Shown here: one piece after another, positions 18,896-29,107 of the stretch | How positions within the stretch are numbered: the stretch's first letter is position 1 | How the letters are laid out: every line of letters starts with the position of its first letter | NCBI GenBank assembly: GCA_003151495.1 | Contig: PLXR01000042.1 | Coordinates: 84,523 to 148,522, forward strand | Source of the DNA: Opitutaceae bacterium | Lineage (GTDB): Bacteria > Verrucomicrobiota > Verrucomicrobiia > Opitutales > Opitutaceae | Length of the DNA stretch: 64,000 nucleotides | Direction of reading: 5' to 3' | Made by a program: the position numbers and the translations under genes | Notes under the pieces: model-generated | Told to the model about the DNA's origin: nothing | What the model saw: the letters and a program-made list of their open reading frames with translations, nothing else | Databases searched by the model: none

Positions 18896-20317
18896 ATGGG
18901 TTTCTCCGTTTGTCCGACTCCGTCCGTTCGTGACTCGAATTGCATTCCGGCGGAGGTTGCAACAAAATCCATCCCCGTGCACCTCTTCCGCCGCGCCCGG
19001 ATACCGATCGCCTGCCTGCCGGCGCCGCTCAACGCGCCGGCCGGGAGGGCTGACGACGCACAGGAGCCCTGGCGCGAATGCGACGTTCTTGTAGACGGCA
19101 GCCGGATCGCGGAGGTGCGGGACTCCGTGGTGCCCGGGGCCGGGGACGCGTCCGGCGCCGCCGTGACCGACCTCGGGGGCGTCCTCGTTTTCCCGGGGCT
19201 CATCGAGGTCCACACCCACCTCGACAAGTGCCACACGTGGGACAGGGCCCCGGGCCTGCACAGCGACTTCTGGGAGTCGAACGCCGCGCTCAGGGTCGAC
19301 AGCGCCCTCTGGACCGAGGAGGACGTCCACCGGCGCGCGGACTTCGGGCTGCGCAGCGCGTGGGCCCACGGAACCTGCGCCCTGCGCACGCACGTCGACA
19401 CGAACCTGGGGAAGGGGATGGGGGCCCATGCCGCCGTGGCGAGCCTGCGCTCCGAATGGGCCGGCCGGATCGCCATCCAGACCGTCAGCCTTTTCAGCTT
19501 TGAGGACATCTTCAGGGGCGGGATGGAGCACGCCATGGATCTGACGGCCAGGCACGGGGCCACCGCCTTCGGCGGGTTTCCCCAGCCCAGCCCCGATCTC
19601 CGGCGCCAGCTCGACCGCCTGATGGCGGCCGCCTGCGAGCTCGGCATCGGCCTCGACCTCCACGTGGACGAGAGCTCGCTCGCCGGGGCGGAATGCCTGA
19701 GGGCGACCGCGGAGGCGGTCCTCAGGAACAGGTTCCCCCATCCCGTGGCCTGCGGCCACAACTGCTCCCTCTCCGTGCAGGCGCCCGAGCGCGCGCGTGA
19801 GACGATCGCCCTGGTGAAGGAGGCGGGCATCGGGATCATCTCCCTGCCCCTCACGAACCTCCACCTGCAGGGGCGCGCCCGCGCCGCGGCCCCGCCGGGC
19901 TCGGCATTTGGAGCGCCCCGGACGCCGCAGTGGCGCGGGCTGACGCTGGTCCACGAGTTCATCGAGGCGGGCGTCACGGTCGCCTGCGGGGGCGACAACG
20001 TGCGCGACGCGTTCATCGGGTGGGGCGACTTCGACATGGTCGAGGTCTACGTGGAGAGCGTCCGGCTGGCCCACCTCGACTCCCGCCTGGCCTTCTCGCC
20101 GTCGGTGGTCACGACGGGCCCGGCGGCCATCATGGGGCTCCCCGGCTACGGCCGGGTGGCGCCGGGGTCGCCGGCCGACCTGGTCGTGTTCCCGGCGCGC
20201 AGGCTCTACTCCCTCCTCGCCCGGCCGTGGGCGCCGCGGCGCCTCATCCACGGGGAGGCGTTCAGGGAGGCCGCCCTTCCGGACTACGGCGAGCAGGAGC
20301 TCTGGCCGGGCGCCTGA
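18896..20317 (+). CDS. Amidohydrolase superfamily, cytosine deaminase-like
   Basis: Metal-binding GLIEVHTHLDK (HxH) near the N-terminus, later HVDE and a C-terminal GSPADLVVF, typical of CodA-like deaminases. The start is uncertain. Confidence 0.8.
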   Translation: MGFSVCPTPSVRDSNCIPAEVATKSIPVHLFRRARIPIACLPAPLNAPAGRADDAQEPWRECDVLVDGSRIAEVRDSVVPGAGDASGAAVTDLGGVLVFPGLIEVHTHLDKCHTWDRAPGLHSDFWESNAALRVDSALWTEEDVHRRADFGLRSAWAHGTCALRTHVDTNLGKGMGAHAAVASLRSEWAGRIAIQTVSLFSFEDIFRGGMEHAMDLTARHGATAFGGFPQPSPDLRRQLDRLMAAACELGIGLDLHVDESSLAGAECLRATAEAVLRNRFPHPVACGHNCSLSVQAPERARETIALVKEAGIGIISLPLTNLHLQGRARAAAPPGSAFGAPRTPQWRGLTLVHEFIEAGVTVACGGDNVRDAFIGWGDFDMVEVYVESVRLAHLDSRLAFSPSVVTTGPAAIMGLPGYGRVAPGSPADLVVFPARRLYSLLARPWAPRRLIHGEAFREAALPDYGEQELWPGA

Positions 20318-20326
20318 GCGCCCCTG

Positions 20327-21157
20327 TCAGGACTCGACCCTGCGCCGGAAGGCCTGCGGGGTCGTCTTCACGAGCCGCACGAACGCCGCGTAGAACGAGC
20401 TCTGCGAGCTGAAGCCGCTGGCGAGGGCCACGTCGATCACCTTGTCGTCCGTCGTGAGGAGGAGCCTCTGGGCATGGGTGATCCGGTACTGCAGGAGGTA
20501 GTCCCTGATGGTGACTCCGCAGTGCCTCCTGAAGAGCGGCATCGCATAGTTGGGGTGGACGTTCGCAGCCTTGGCGATCTCCGCCACCGTGAGGTTCTCC
20601 TGGAACCGCTCGGCCATGCACTTCGCCATGCGCTCCACCCGCTGCAGCCCGACGGTGGATTCCCCCTCGCTCCAGCGCGTCGACGCGTCGGCCACCTTCG
20701 AGTACGCCTGGTCGGCGAGCCAGAGGAAGCACGCCTCGAGCTCGAGGAGGAGCCGCCTCTGCTGGGGCCTTGTCGGGTTGCGCAGCTCCTTGACCCAGGC
20801 GCGCAGCTGGAAGCGGTCCCCGAAGGTCGCGGGGGCGAACCACCAGTTCCCCTCCATCAGCTCGCGCACGAAGCGCTCGGGAAGCCCCCAGGCCCAGACC
20901 CACGCGAGGGGGACGGTGATCCAGGCCATCTCGGTGCCCGGGTCGACCTGGACCAGGCTGTGCGGCGTCGATCCCCAGAAGAGCGCGAGCCGCTTCGACT
21001 CGAGCCGGCGCATGGATCCGCGGTGCAGGTAGGTGACCCCGCCGCGGAACACGTAGTTCAGCTCGACCTCGTGGTGGTGGTGGATGAGCCCCATCGGCTT
21101 GGGGAGGCTCAGCAGCCTGGCGTTCAGGCCGAAGGTCTGGAATCGGACGTCGGTCAT
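20327..21157 (-). CDS. AraC family transcriptional regulator (cupin + HTH_AraC)
   Basis: C-terminal AraC HTH (LTVAEIAKAANVHPNYAMPLFRRHCGVTIRDYLLQYRITHAQRLL...GFSSQSSFYAAF) and an N-terminal cupin-like domain. Confidence 0.92.
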   Translation of the reverse strand: MTDVRFQTFGLNARLLSLPKPMGLIHHHHEVELNYVFRGGVTYLHRGSMRRLESKRLALFWGSTPHSLVQVDPGTEMAWITVPLAWVWAWGLPERFVRELMEGNWWFAPATFGDRFQLRAWVKELRNPTRPQQRRLLLELEACFLWLADQAYSKVADASTRWSEGESTVGLQRVERMAKCMAERFQENLTVAEIAKAANVHPNYAMPLFRRHCGVTIRDYLLQYRITHAQRLLLTTDDKVIDVALASGFSSQSSFYAAFVRLVKTTPQAFRRRVES

Positions 21158-21159
21158 GG

Positions 21160-21259
21160 CCTTATTTTGCAGGAATCGTGCCCGCGGGCCCCGCCGAACA
21201 CAAACGACAAAAGGGGCCGGGCCCGCGAATGCATCGGGAGAGACCTTATTTTCTAGGAA
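21160..21259. promoter_or_regulatory. Direct repeat of a 16-mer in the AraC / TonB-receptor divergent intergenic region
   Basis: CCTTATTTTGCAGGAA (21160-21175) and CCTTATTTTCTAGGAA (21244-21259) match at 14/16 positions, with starts 84 bp apart. Both are AT-rich islands in GC-rich DNA. Confidence 0.35.
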
Positions 21260-21497
21260 GGCTTTTCCCGGGGCGAGGAGGCAGGCGGCGGGGATTCCCC
21301 CTATACTGCCGGCGATGCTCCACGCTCAGGTGGAGTGCCCGCACAATGAAATCCACCGACCTCGGACCCGGCGCGCAGGAAGCCCCGAGGGTGTCGTCGC
21401 TCCACTTTCCAGAAACCAAGAACAAGGCCGTCAACGCTCGCGCCCCGAAGTGTGAAGGTCTCCAAGCATGACAGCGGCAGTCTCCTAACCAACTAAA

Positions 21498-24041
21498 ATG
21501 AACACGACCACCACCAAGCTGATACGTGCCAGTTTCGCGACGGCCTGCGCGGCAGCCGGCCTCGCAGCCGGGCTAAGCGCGCAGAGCTCCACGCCCCCCC
21601 CGGCCGCGGACAGCACCCCGGTCTCAAGCACGAAGGTGACCACCCTTGCGAAGTACGTCGTGAGCGACGTGCCGATCGAGGACCAGGTGCTCCCGACGGT
21701 CCGCCCCCTGGGCGACGTCATGGGCGATGACCGCAACATCCTCGACATCCCGCGCTCCGTCTCGTCGGTGAACACGGCGCTGATGGAGGACCGCATGGTC
21801 AAGAACGCCATGGATTTCGGGCAGTTCGCACCCGGAGTCTACTCCGCGGCGCAGTACGGCATCCCGTCGGTCCCCTTCATACGCGGCGACCTCTCGCAGA
21901 TCTACATGGGCGGCCAGCAGGTGCCGTTCTCGCGCAACTCGACGCCCCCTAGCTTCAACGGCGTCGACGCGTTCAACATCGTGAAGGGCCCGGGGTCCGC
22001 GGTCTACGGGCCCCAGACCGAGGGATCCGGCGGCTACGTGGACTTCGTGATGAAGGAGCCGTTCTTCGACCACCAGCGCACGAACGTCAGCCTCACCATG
22101 GGCTCCTGGGCCAGCGGCCACTCCTACTCGAACCCCGAGGTGACGATCGACACCGGCGGCCCGGTCTCCGACAAGCTCGCCTACCGCGTGAGCTACCTGA
22201 GCCGGTACGGCAACGGGTACTACCTCAACGACCACGACCAGACGCAGGATGTCTATGCCGCGCTCACGTACCTGCCCAACCCGAAGGTGAAGCTCGAGGC
22301 ATGGGCCCAGGTCTACGAGGACCGGACGAACGAGATCGCGGGCGTCAGCCGCGTCACGGAGGACTTCATCAAGAACGGCAACTACATCGCGGGCCCCGCG
22401 TCCCCGACGACGACCGGCCCCACGGCGTACTTCGGCTACGACATCATCACGTTCCCGAACCCGCCGCCCTACACGTTCGGCAGCGCCACCGACGGGTCCT
22501 TCGCGACCGTGAACCCCGCAACGGCGCACACCGTGAAGCTCCCGGGCTACATCGCGCTCATCAACCCCTCCGACGTCGCGCGGGCGTTTGCCGCGCAGGG
22601 CCAGTTCAAGGCGACCGTGTCCCTCACCCCGGAATCGTCGCTGGTCAACCGGCTCTTCCTGAGCACCGGGCACTCGAACAAGTCCGAGGCGGGGGGGTAC
22701 AGCGAGTACGTGCCGAAGGACATCTCGATCCAGGACAGGGTGGAGTACCTCGACAAGTTCACGGTCGGGAAGTTCGACAACAGCGTCATCACGGGCATCG
22801 ACTTCAGGTACATGGAGCTGACCTCCTACCAGGACTACCAGACCGAGCCGCTCGGCTACTATGACCTGACGCAGCCCCTCTCGCTCATCAGCTACCCGGG
22901 CTACGCACTGGAGGGGAACACCTGGGGCGGCGGCATGCGGGTCCCCGGCACCACGGGCTACAGCGCCGCGCCCGGCACCGTCGCCAACGTGCTCGAGGAC
23001 GAGTACGACACGGCGGCGTTCTTCCAGGACGACATCAAGCTGACCTCGAAGATCACCCTCACGGCGGGCTACCGCTTCGACAACATCTCGGTCCACGGCG
23101 AGAACCCGCCGTTCATCCAGTACGGCTACTACAACAGCTTCTTCACCTACGTCCCGCTCGCGGCCCCGGTCAACATCCCCGCCGGGGGATCGTCCGCGAC
23201 CTATACGGGCTACAACAACAGCAGGACCGTCAACGACCAGTCATTCTTCGCCAGCCTGACCTACAAGCCGACCGAGGATTCGACGTTCTACCTCACCTAC
23301 GACCACGTCGACGCAGTCCTCGGGTCGTCGAACTTCGGCGGCGTCGATGCGGAGTACCTCGACCAGACGCTGAGCACCAAGAGCACGCTCTACGAGGCCG
23401 GCTACAAGCAGAGCTTCCTCAAGAACACGCTCTACTTCGCCGTGGACGTGTTCCAGCAGCTCAAGTACGGCTCCCAGATCACGGGCGGGAAGTTCCCGAT
23501 CAAGGACGACGGGATCGAGTTCGACCTCGTCTACCAGCCGAGCAAGGCGTGGAACTTCAACGCGAACCTGACCTTCCAGGACGCCACCGCCTACGGCGTC
23601 TTCTTCCAGACGACCGGCAACTACCTGGACATGTTCTCGTCCCAGACGTCCGTCGACGGGAAGGTCGGCACGGACAAGGGCTCGCCGAACTTCACGCTCT
23701 ACTTCCCGCCGGGCGGGCGGATGCGCGCCCCCGGCATCCCGCAGCTCCAGGCGAACGCTTTCGTCGAGTACACCTCGCCCATGGGCTGGGGAATCGGCGC
23801 CGGCCCCCAGTTCATGGGCAAGGGTTATGCCAACGACCAGGACACCCTCTACATCCCGGCCCAGGTCGAGGTCGACGGGTATATCTTCTATGGCCGGCGC
23901 AGCTGGGACGTCCGGGTCAACGTGAACAACGCGCTCAATGCGCGGCTGGTCGACCCGATCGACGTCAGCTTTGCGGGCAACAGCCTGATCTTCGTCCGCC
24001 CGCCGATCAGGGCGTCCATCACCCTGCGGCTGCACTACTGA
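21498..24041 (+). CDS. TonB-dependent outer-membrane receptor
   Basis: Signal peptide, plug-domain blocks (DIPRSVSSVN, VPFIRGD, NIVKGPGSAVYGP), a long beta-barrel with alternating aromatic pattern, and a terminal aromatic residue. Confidence 0.9.
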   Translation: MNTTTTKLIRASFATACAAAGLAAGLSAQSSTPPPAADSTPVSSTKVTTLAKYVVSDVPIEDQVLPTVRPLGDVMGDDRNILDIPRSVSSVNTALMEDRMVKNAMDFGQFAPGVYSAAQYGIPSVPFIRGDLSQIYMGGQQVPFSRNSTPPSFNGVDAFNIVKGPGSAVYGPQTEGSGGYVDFVMKEPFFDHQRTNVSLTMGSWASGHSYSNPEVTIDTGGPVSDKLAYRVSYLSRYGNGYYLNDHDQTQDVYAALTYLPNPKVKLEAWAQVYEDRTNEIAGVSRVTEDFIKNGNYIAGPASPTTTGPTAYFGYDIITFPNPPPYTFGSATDGSFATVNPATAHTVKLPGYIALINPSDVARAFAAQGQFKATVSLTPESSLVNRLFLSTGHSNKSEAGGYSEYVPKDISIQDRVEYLDKFTVGKFDNSVITGIDFRYMELTSYQDYQTEPLGYYDLTQPLSLISYPGYALEGNTWGGGMRVPGTTGYSAAPGTVANVLEDEYDTAAFFQDDIKLTSKITLTAGYRFDNISVHGENPPFIQYGYYNSFFTYVPLAAPVNIPAGGSSATYTGYNNSRTVNDQSFFASLTYKPTEDSTFYLTYDHVDAVLGSSNFGGVDAEYLDQTLSTKSTLYEAGYKQSFLKNTLYFAVDVFQQLKYGSQITGGKFPIKDDGIEFDLVYQPSKAWNFNANLTFQDATAYGVFFQTTGNYLDMFSSQTSVDGKVGTDKGSPNFTLYFPPGGRMRAPGIPQLQANAFVEYTSPMGWGIGAGPQFMGKGYANDQDTLYIPAQVEVDGYIFYGRRSWDVRVNVNNALNARLVDPIDVSFAGNSLIFVRPPIRASITLRLHY

Positions 24042-24070
24042 GCCGCCTTGCGGGCGGCACGGGCCGCGCT

Positions 24071-24096
24071 ACTGTGGACAGGCCGCGAACCCGCCG
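24071..24096 (+). terminator. GC-rich hairpin downstream of the TonB-dependent receptor gene
   Basis: GGCCGCGAACC-CGCC-GGTTCGCGGCC forms a perfect 11-bp stem with a 4-nt loop, 30 nt after the stop codon. There is no U-tract, so intrinsic-terminator function is uncertain. Confidence 0.45.
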
Positions 24097-24132
24097 GTTC
24101 GCGGCCTGACCTGCCTTAAGGACACCCCGAGG

Positions 24133-25287
24133 ATGCCCACCTCATTCGACAACAACCTTCCGCGCAGGCTGCGCTTCGGCCGGGGACTTAGCGGGGAGCT
24201 TGCCGCGGAACTGCGCCGGCTCGGGTGCTCGAGGCCCTTCCTCGTCACCGACCGGGGCGTCAGGGCGGCGGGGCTCGTGGCGAGGGTCACCGGTCCCCTC
24301 GCCGGCGCCGGGATCACGTTCGCCGTCTTTGACGAGACGGAGCCCGAGCCGCCCTTCCTCTGCGTGGCCGCCGCGGTGGCCTCGGTTCGGGGCTCCTTCG
24401 ATGCCGATGTCGTCGTGGCCCTCGGCGGCGGAAGCGTGATGGACACCGCCAAGCTCGTGGCGGCGACCCTCCTTGACGGCCGCGATGCGGCGCTGCTTGC
24501 CGGGATCGGCAAGGTCGGGCGGCGCCCGCTGCCGCTCGTCTGCATCCCGACGACCTCGGGAACGGGCTCGGAGGCGACCCCCGTGGCCATCTTCACGGAC
24601 CCGGGCACCGGGTCGAAGGTGGGGGTCGTGGACCCCTGCCTCGTCCCCGACCTGGTCCTCCTCGATCCCGAGCTAACGGACGGCCTTCCCGCGCTTCCCA
24701 CGGCGGCGGCGGGCATGGATGCGCTCGTGCACGCCCTCGAGGCGTTCATTGCGAAGGTCGCGACGCCGCTTGCGCGGGGGCTCGCCCTTGAGGCGGCCCG
24801 GAGGATCGGACCGGCGCTCCCGGCGGTGTGCCGCGACGGCGGCGACCGCCCGGCGCGGGATGCGATGCTCATCGGTGCCAACCTGGCGGGCCTGGCCTTC
24901 GCGAACTCGTCGTGCTGCGCGGTCCACGCGCTTGCGCTGCCGCTTGGCGGGCGCTTCCACATCGCCCACGGGGTCGTGACCGGCACCCTCACGGCCGAGA
25001 CCATGAGGCACAACCTCCCTGCGATCCGGGAGGACCTCGCGGTTTTCGCGGGCGCGCTCGGGTGGAGGGACGCAACCGCCGACAGCGTCCCCGACCGGTT
25101 GGCGGCCCTTGCGGACAGCATCGGGTTGAAACAGGTCCTGGATGCGGCGGCGGTGCCAACCTCGGCGCTCGAGGAGCTGGCAAAACAGGCGGTTGCCAAC
25201 CGCCGCCTGATGGACCCCAATCCCCGTCCGGTCACCGTGGAGGACGCGGTTGCCATCTACCAAAGGACGCTTGGAACCCATGCCTGA
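24133..25287 (+). CDS. Iron-containing (group III) alcohol dehydrogenase
   Basis: The GGGSVMDTAK motif and His-rich metal-site region (HALEAF..., CAVHALALPLGGRFHIAHG). Confidence 0.9.
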   Translation: MPTSFDNNLPRRLRFGRGLSGELAAELRRLGCSRPFLVTDRGVRAAGLVARVTGPLAGAGITFAVFDETEPEPPFLCVAAAVASVRGSFDADVVVALGGGSVMDTAKLVAATLLDGRDAALLAGIGKVGRRPLPLVCIPTTSGTGSEATPVAIFTDPGTGSKVGVVDPCLVPDLVLLDPELTDGLPALPTAAAGMDALVHALEAFIAKVATPLARGLALEAARRIGPALPAVCRDGGDRPARDAMLIGANLAGLAFANSSCCAVHALALPLGGRFHIAHGVVTGTLTAETMRHNLPAIREDLAVFAGALGWRDATADSVPDRLAALADSIGLKQVLDAAAVPTSALEELAKQAVANRRLMDPNPRPVTVEDAVAIYQRTLGTHA

Positions 25288-26809
25288 CCCTGCCGCAACC
25301 CTGCTTTCGGAACTCGGAGTCCGCCCGGGACTGTGGGTCAACGGCGGCTGGCAGGAGGGCGGGGGAGGGGGGACCACCGTCCGCAACCCCGCGACCGGCG
25401 CCGAGATAGCGGCGTTCCGCCTCGCCGGCGCCGGGGACTTCCGGGTTGCGATCGACGGGGCGCAGGCGGCCTTCACCGCGTGGCGGAGGGAGCCGGGCGC
25501 CGCGCGGGGCGACCTCCTCAAGCGGGCGGCGGCGCTCCTCCTGCAGCGCAGGCGGGGCGTCGCGGAGCTCCTCACCCTCGAGCAGGGCAAGCCGCTGTCC
25601 CAGGCCCTGGGCGAGGTGGACTACGCCGCGAGCTTCTTCCAGTGGTTCGGCGAGGAGGCCCGGAGGCCGCACGGCCGGCTCCAGCCCCACCCCCAGCGGG
25701 GCCGCGAGTACCGCGTGAGGCAGGTGCCCGCGGGCGTCGCCGGGCTGGTGACGCCCTGGAATTTCCCGCTGGCGCAGGGGGCGAAGAAGATCGCGGCGGC
25801 GCTGGCGGCGGGGTGCACGGCGGTCTGGAAGCCCTCGGAGCTGACCCCCCTAGTCGCGCTGGCGCTCGGCTCGGTGCTCCGGGAGGCGGGGCTTCCCGAG
25901 GGCGCCCTGCAGGTCCTCCCCGCGCCCGGGCCCCTGGCGGGCGAGGCGCTCACGGCCGACCCGAGGGTTCGGGTGCTCTCCCTTACCGGTTCCACCCCCA
26001 CGGGCCGGACGCTCCTGAAGGAGTCGGCGCGGCACCTGCCGCGCCTTTCCCTGGAGCTCGGGGGCAATGCGCCCTTCGTGATCCTTCCCGACGCCGACCT
26101 CGACGAGGTCGCCCAGGACCTCGTGAAGCTCAAACTCCTCTGCTCCGGGCAGGTGTGCGTGACCGCAAACAGGGTCTTTGTCCCCGCCTCCCTCGAGTCC
26201 GCGCTCATCGCGAGGCTCCTGCCCCTGTGGCGGGCCCTCAAGGTGGGCAACGGCCTCGCGGAGGGCGTGGACGTGGGGCCGCTCATCCATGCAAAGGCGT
26301 GCGAGCGCGTGCGGGGGCTGGTCGAGGAAGCGCTCGGGCTCGGGGCCGAGCTGGTCTGCGAGAATAGGACCCACGAGGGGGATCCGTCGCTCGGGGGCGG
26401 GAGCTTCTTCGCCCCGGTGATCCTCGGGGGCGTGCGCGACGACATGCCGCTCGTGCGGGACGAGATCTTCGGGCCGGTGCTGCCGCTCCTCAGCTACACC
26501 GACCTTTCCGATGCCGTCAGCCGCGCGAACGCGACGGCGGCGGGGCTGGCCGCCTACGTGTACGGCACGGACCTTTCGCTTGCCAACGCCGTCGCGGAGG
26601 AGCTCGAGGCGGGAATCGTGGGCGTGAACGAATGGCGTCCTCTCCGGGCCGAGATCCCCTTCGGGGGGACGAAGACGAGCGGCCAGGGATGGGAGGGGGG
26701 CGAGGAGGGCCTGCGCGAGTTCTGCGAGCTGAAGGTCATCGCAACCCCCAGCCCGTCCCTCCGCCCGGCGGCTGGGGCGAGCGGCACCCGCCCCCCGGGC
26801 GGGACCTGA
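25280..26809 (+). CDS. NAD(P)+-dependent aldehyde dehydrogenase (succinate-semialdehyde dehydrogenase-like)
   Basis: VTPWNFP, ELGGNAP and catalytic-Cys region CSGQVCVTANR. The ATG at 25280 overlaps the ADH stop (ATGCCTGA). Confidence 0.9.
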   Translation: MPDPAATLLSELGVRPGLWVNGGWQEGGGGGTTVRNPATGAEIAAFRLAGAGDFRVAIDGAQAAFTAWRREPGAARGDLLKRAAALLLQRRRGVAELLTLEQGKPLSQALGEVDYAASFFQWFGEEARRPHGRLQPHPQRGREYRVRQVPAGVAGLVTPWNFPLAQGAKKIAAALAAGCTAVWKPSELTPLVALALGSVLREAGLPEGALQVLPAPGPLAGEALTADPRVRVLSLTGSTPTGRTLLKESARHLPRLSLELGGNAPFVILPDADLDEVAQDLVKLKLLCSGQVCVTANRVFVPASLESALIARLLPLWRALKVGNGLAEGVDVGPLIHAKACERVRGLVEEALGLGAELVCENRTHEGDPSLGGGSFFAPVILGGVRDDMPLVRDEIFGPVLPLLSYTDLSDAVSRANATAAGLAAYVYGTDLSLANAVAEELEAGIVGVNEWRPLRAEIPFGGTKTSGQGWEGGEEGLREFCELKVIATPSPSLRPAAGASGTRPPGGT

Positions 26810-27044
26810 CCGCTCCCGTGGCGCCGCTGCCGTCCGGCCTTGTGGGATTCGGGGACATCCTGGATGTGCCCTGGCCTTCCCCTGCGGCGGCGGACGGCAT
26901 GCGCGTTCTCGACGCTTTGGGGACGCGCAACGCCGGGATTCGAGCCGAAGCCGAACCTTTACGTTGCCCTGAAATCCGACACCGCATCATGATCCCGACA
27001 CCCCATCCGGCCGGCCTTTGCCGGAGCTGCGAGCCCCCTCCATC

Positions 27045-28187
27045 ATGAGCACCCTTCCCGATCCCTTCCGCGACAAACGAAAAGAGGCGGGAAGCCTCGA
27101 GTGCGAGTTCCAGGGCGAGAGCATCCCGATGATCCTGCGCCACGAGGACGTGCGCAAGGCGGCGAAGGACTGGAAAACGTTCAGCTCCGACGCCCCGTTC
27201 CGGGTTCCGATCCCGTCCGAGGAGGACGTCAGGACGATGAGGCAGCTGCCGATAGAGACGAACCCGCCGGACCACACCGAGTACCGCGAGATCGTCGAGC
27301 CGTTCTTCCGCAGGGCGAAGGAGCCCGCCGTGATCGCGCAGGTTGAGGCGCTGGTCGACGGGATGATCGGGGAGGCGCTCGGCAGGGAATCGATCGAGGT
27401 GGTGCGCGAGTTCGCGCTGCCCCTGCAGTCGCGCGCGCTCACCTACCTCCTCAACATGCCGGAGAGCGAGGCGGCGACGTGGATCAGCTGGGGCACCCAT
27501 GTCTTCCGCGACGGGGGCTCAGGGGAGAAGAAGGGGGCCGCCCTCGAGAAATACCTCCACGGGCAGCTCGACCGCGCCGCCAGGGACCCCGGGGAGGACT
27601 TCTTCAGCGCCCTCACGAGGGCGAAGTTCCGCGGGCGTCCCCTGACCCGCGACGAGATGATGGGGTTCGCCAACCTCACCTTTGCGGGCGGGCGCGACAC
27701 GGTCATCCACATGACCTCCTCGGTGATCGCGTACTTCTGCAGCCACAACGAGGCCCTGGGCTTCCTGCGCGAGGATCCCTCGAGGATCGTCCACGCCAGC
27801 GAGGAGTTCTTCCGGGTCGTTACGCCCCTGACCCACATCGGGCGGGTGTGCCCGGTCGAGACCGACGTCCATGGGGTCACCGTGAAGCCGGGCGGCCGGG
27901 TGTCGCTCTGCTGGGCCTCGGCCAACCAGGACGAGAACGCATTCGAGGCGCCGGGGGAGGTGCGCCTGGATCGCAAGCCGAACCCCCACGTCGCCTTCGG
28001 GATCGGGGCCCACGTGTGCCTCGGCGCCCCCCATGCGAGGCTCCTCGTCCGCACGCTCCTCCAGAAATGCGCCGACCGCCTCTCGGGCATCACGCTCCTG
28101 TCGGCGAAGGAGCACGTGGAGAAGGAGGCGGAGTACGAGCGCTCGGTCGGCTACGAGTCCCTGACGGTCAAGATGGCGCGACTCTAG
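27045..28187 (+). CDS. Cytochrome P450
   Basis: Heme-thiolate loop FGIGAHVCLGAPHARL (FGxGxHxCxG) and I-helix FAGGRDTV. Confidence 0.92.
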   Translation: MSTLPDPFRDKRKEAGSLECEFQGESIPMILRHEDVRKAAKDWKTFSSDAPFRVPIPSEEDVRTMRQLPIETNPPDHTEYREIVEPFFRRAKEPAVIAQVEALVDGMIGEALGRESIEVVREFALPLQSRALTYLLNMPESEAATWISWGTHVFRDGGSGEKKGAALEKYLHGQLDRAARDPGEDFFSALTRAKFRGRPLTRDEMMGFANLTFAGGRDTVIHMTSSVIAYFCSHNEALGFLREDPSRIVHASEEFFRVVTPLTHIGRVCPVETDVHGVTVKPGGRVSLCWASANQDENAFEAPGEVRLDRKPNPHVAFGIGAHVCLGAPHARLLVRTLLQKCADRLSGITLLSAKEHVEKEAEYERSVGYESLTVKMARL

Positions 28188-28237
28188 GCGGGGCGACGCC
28201 CGCCGCGCCCCTGCGGTCCCTCCCCCCCGAACGCCTT

Positions 28238-29104
28238 ATGCCCCAGAATCCAGGCCCCGACCCGAAGGGTGGCTCGACCGCCTTGAGTATCCTCAGGGCG
28301 ACCCCGGCGGGCCTGTCCACCCACGAGGATTCCGTGGCGACCGAGGAGCCGCTGGAAATCCAGCTCAGCTACGAGAAGCGCGGGGTGCGCGTGACCAGGA
28401 GCGTGTCGGTCACCATGCGAACCCCGGGGAACGACGAGGAGCTCGCCGCGGGATTCCTCCTGGGGGAGGGCCTGATATCGGAACGCGGCCAGGTCGCCGG
28501 GATCGCTCCGGTGAAGGAAAACACGGTCCAGGTGAGCCTTGCGCCCGGCGTGGAGGTCGACCTGCGCGCGCTGGAGCGCCACTTCTACACGACCTCCAGC
28601 TGCGGGGTCTGTGGGAAGACCTCGATAGAGGCCCTGGGCATGGCACGGCAGGTCTCGCTCCCGGCCGACGGCCCCGTGATGGACTTCGGGACCCTCCTGC
28701 GCCTGCCGGAAACGCTGCGAGGGGCGCAGAGCGTCTTTGAGCGGACGGGCGGGCTGCACGGGGCGGCGCTCTTCGATCCCGCGGGCCGCCTGGTCGCGGT
28801 GCGCGAGGACGTGGGCCGCCACAACGCGGTCGACAAGGTGGTCGGCGCGGAATTCCTCGCGGGGCGGACGCCCCAATCTCGTGCGGTCCTTGTCGTGAGC
28901 GGAAGGGCCAGCTTCGAGCTGATGCAGAAGGCGCTCATGGCCGGCATCCCGATCCTTGCGGCGGTGGGGGCCCCCTCGAGCCTCGCCGTCGAGCTTGCTC
29001 GGCACCACGGGGCGACGCTCCTCGGATTCGTCCGCGACGGCCGCATGAACATCTACTCGGGCGCCCACCGCCTCCGCGAGGTCCAGCCTGCGGCGGCGAA
29101 CTGA
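28238..29104 (+). CDS. fdhD: Formate dehydrogenase accessory sulfurtransferase FdhD
   Basis: SSCGVCGK active-site loop, GGLHGAALF and GRHNAVDK. The stop lies 3 nt before the Mo-enzyme gene. Confidence 0.9.
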   Translation: MPQNPGPDPKGGSTALSILRATPAGLSTHEDSVATEEPLEIQLSYEKRGVRVTRSVSVTMRTPGNDEELAAGFLLGEGLISERGQVAGIAPVKENTVQVSLAPGVEVDLRALERHFYTTSSCGVCGKTSIEALGMARQVSLPADGPVMDFGTLLRLPETLRGAQSVFERTGGLHGAALFDPAGRLVAVREDVGRHNAVDKVVGAEFLAGRTPQSRAVLVVSGRASFELMQKALMAGIPILAAVGAPSSLAVELARHHGATLLGFVRDGRMNIYSGAHRLREVQPAAAN

Positions 29105-29107
29105 GCC

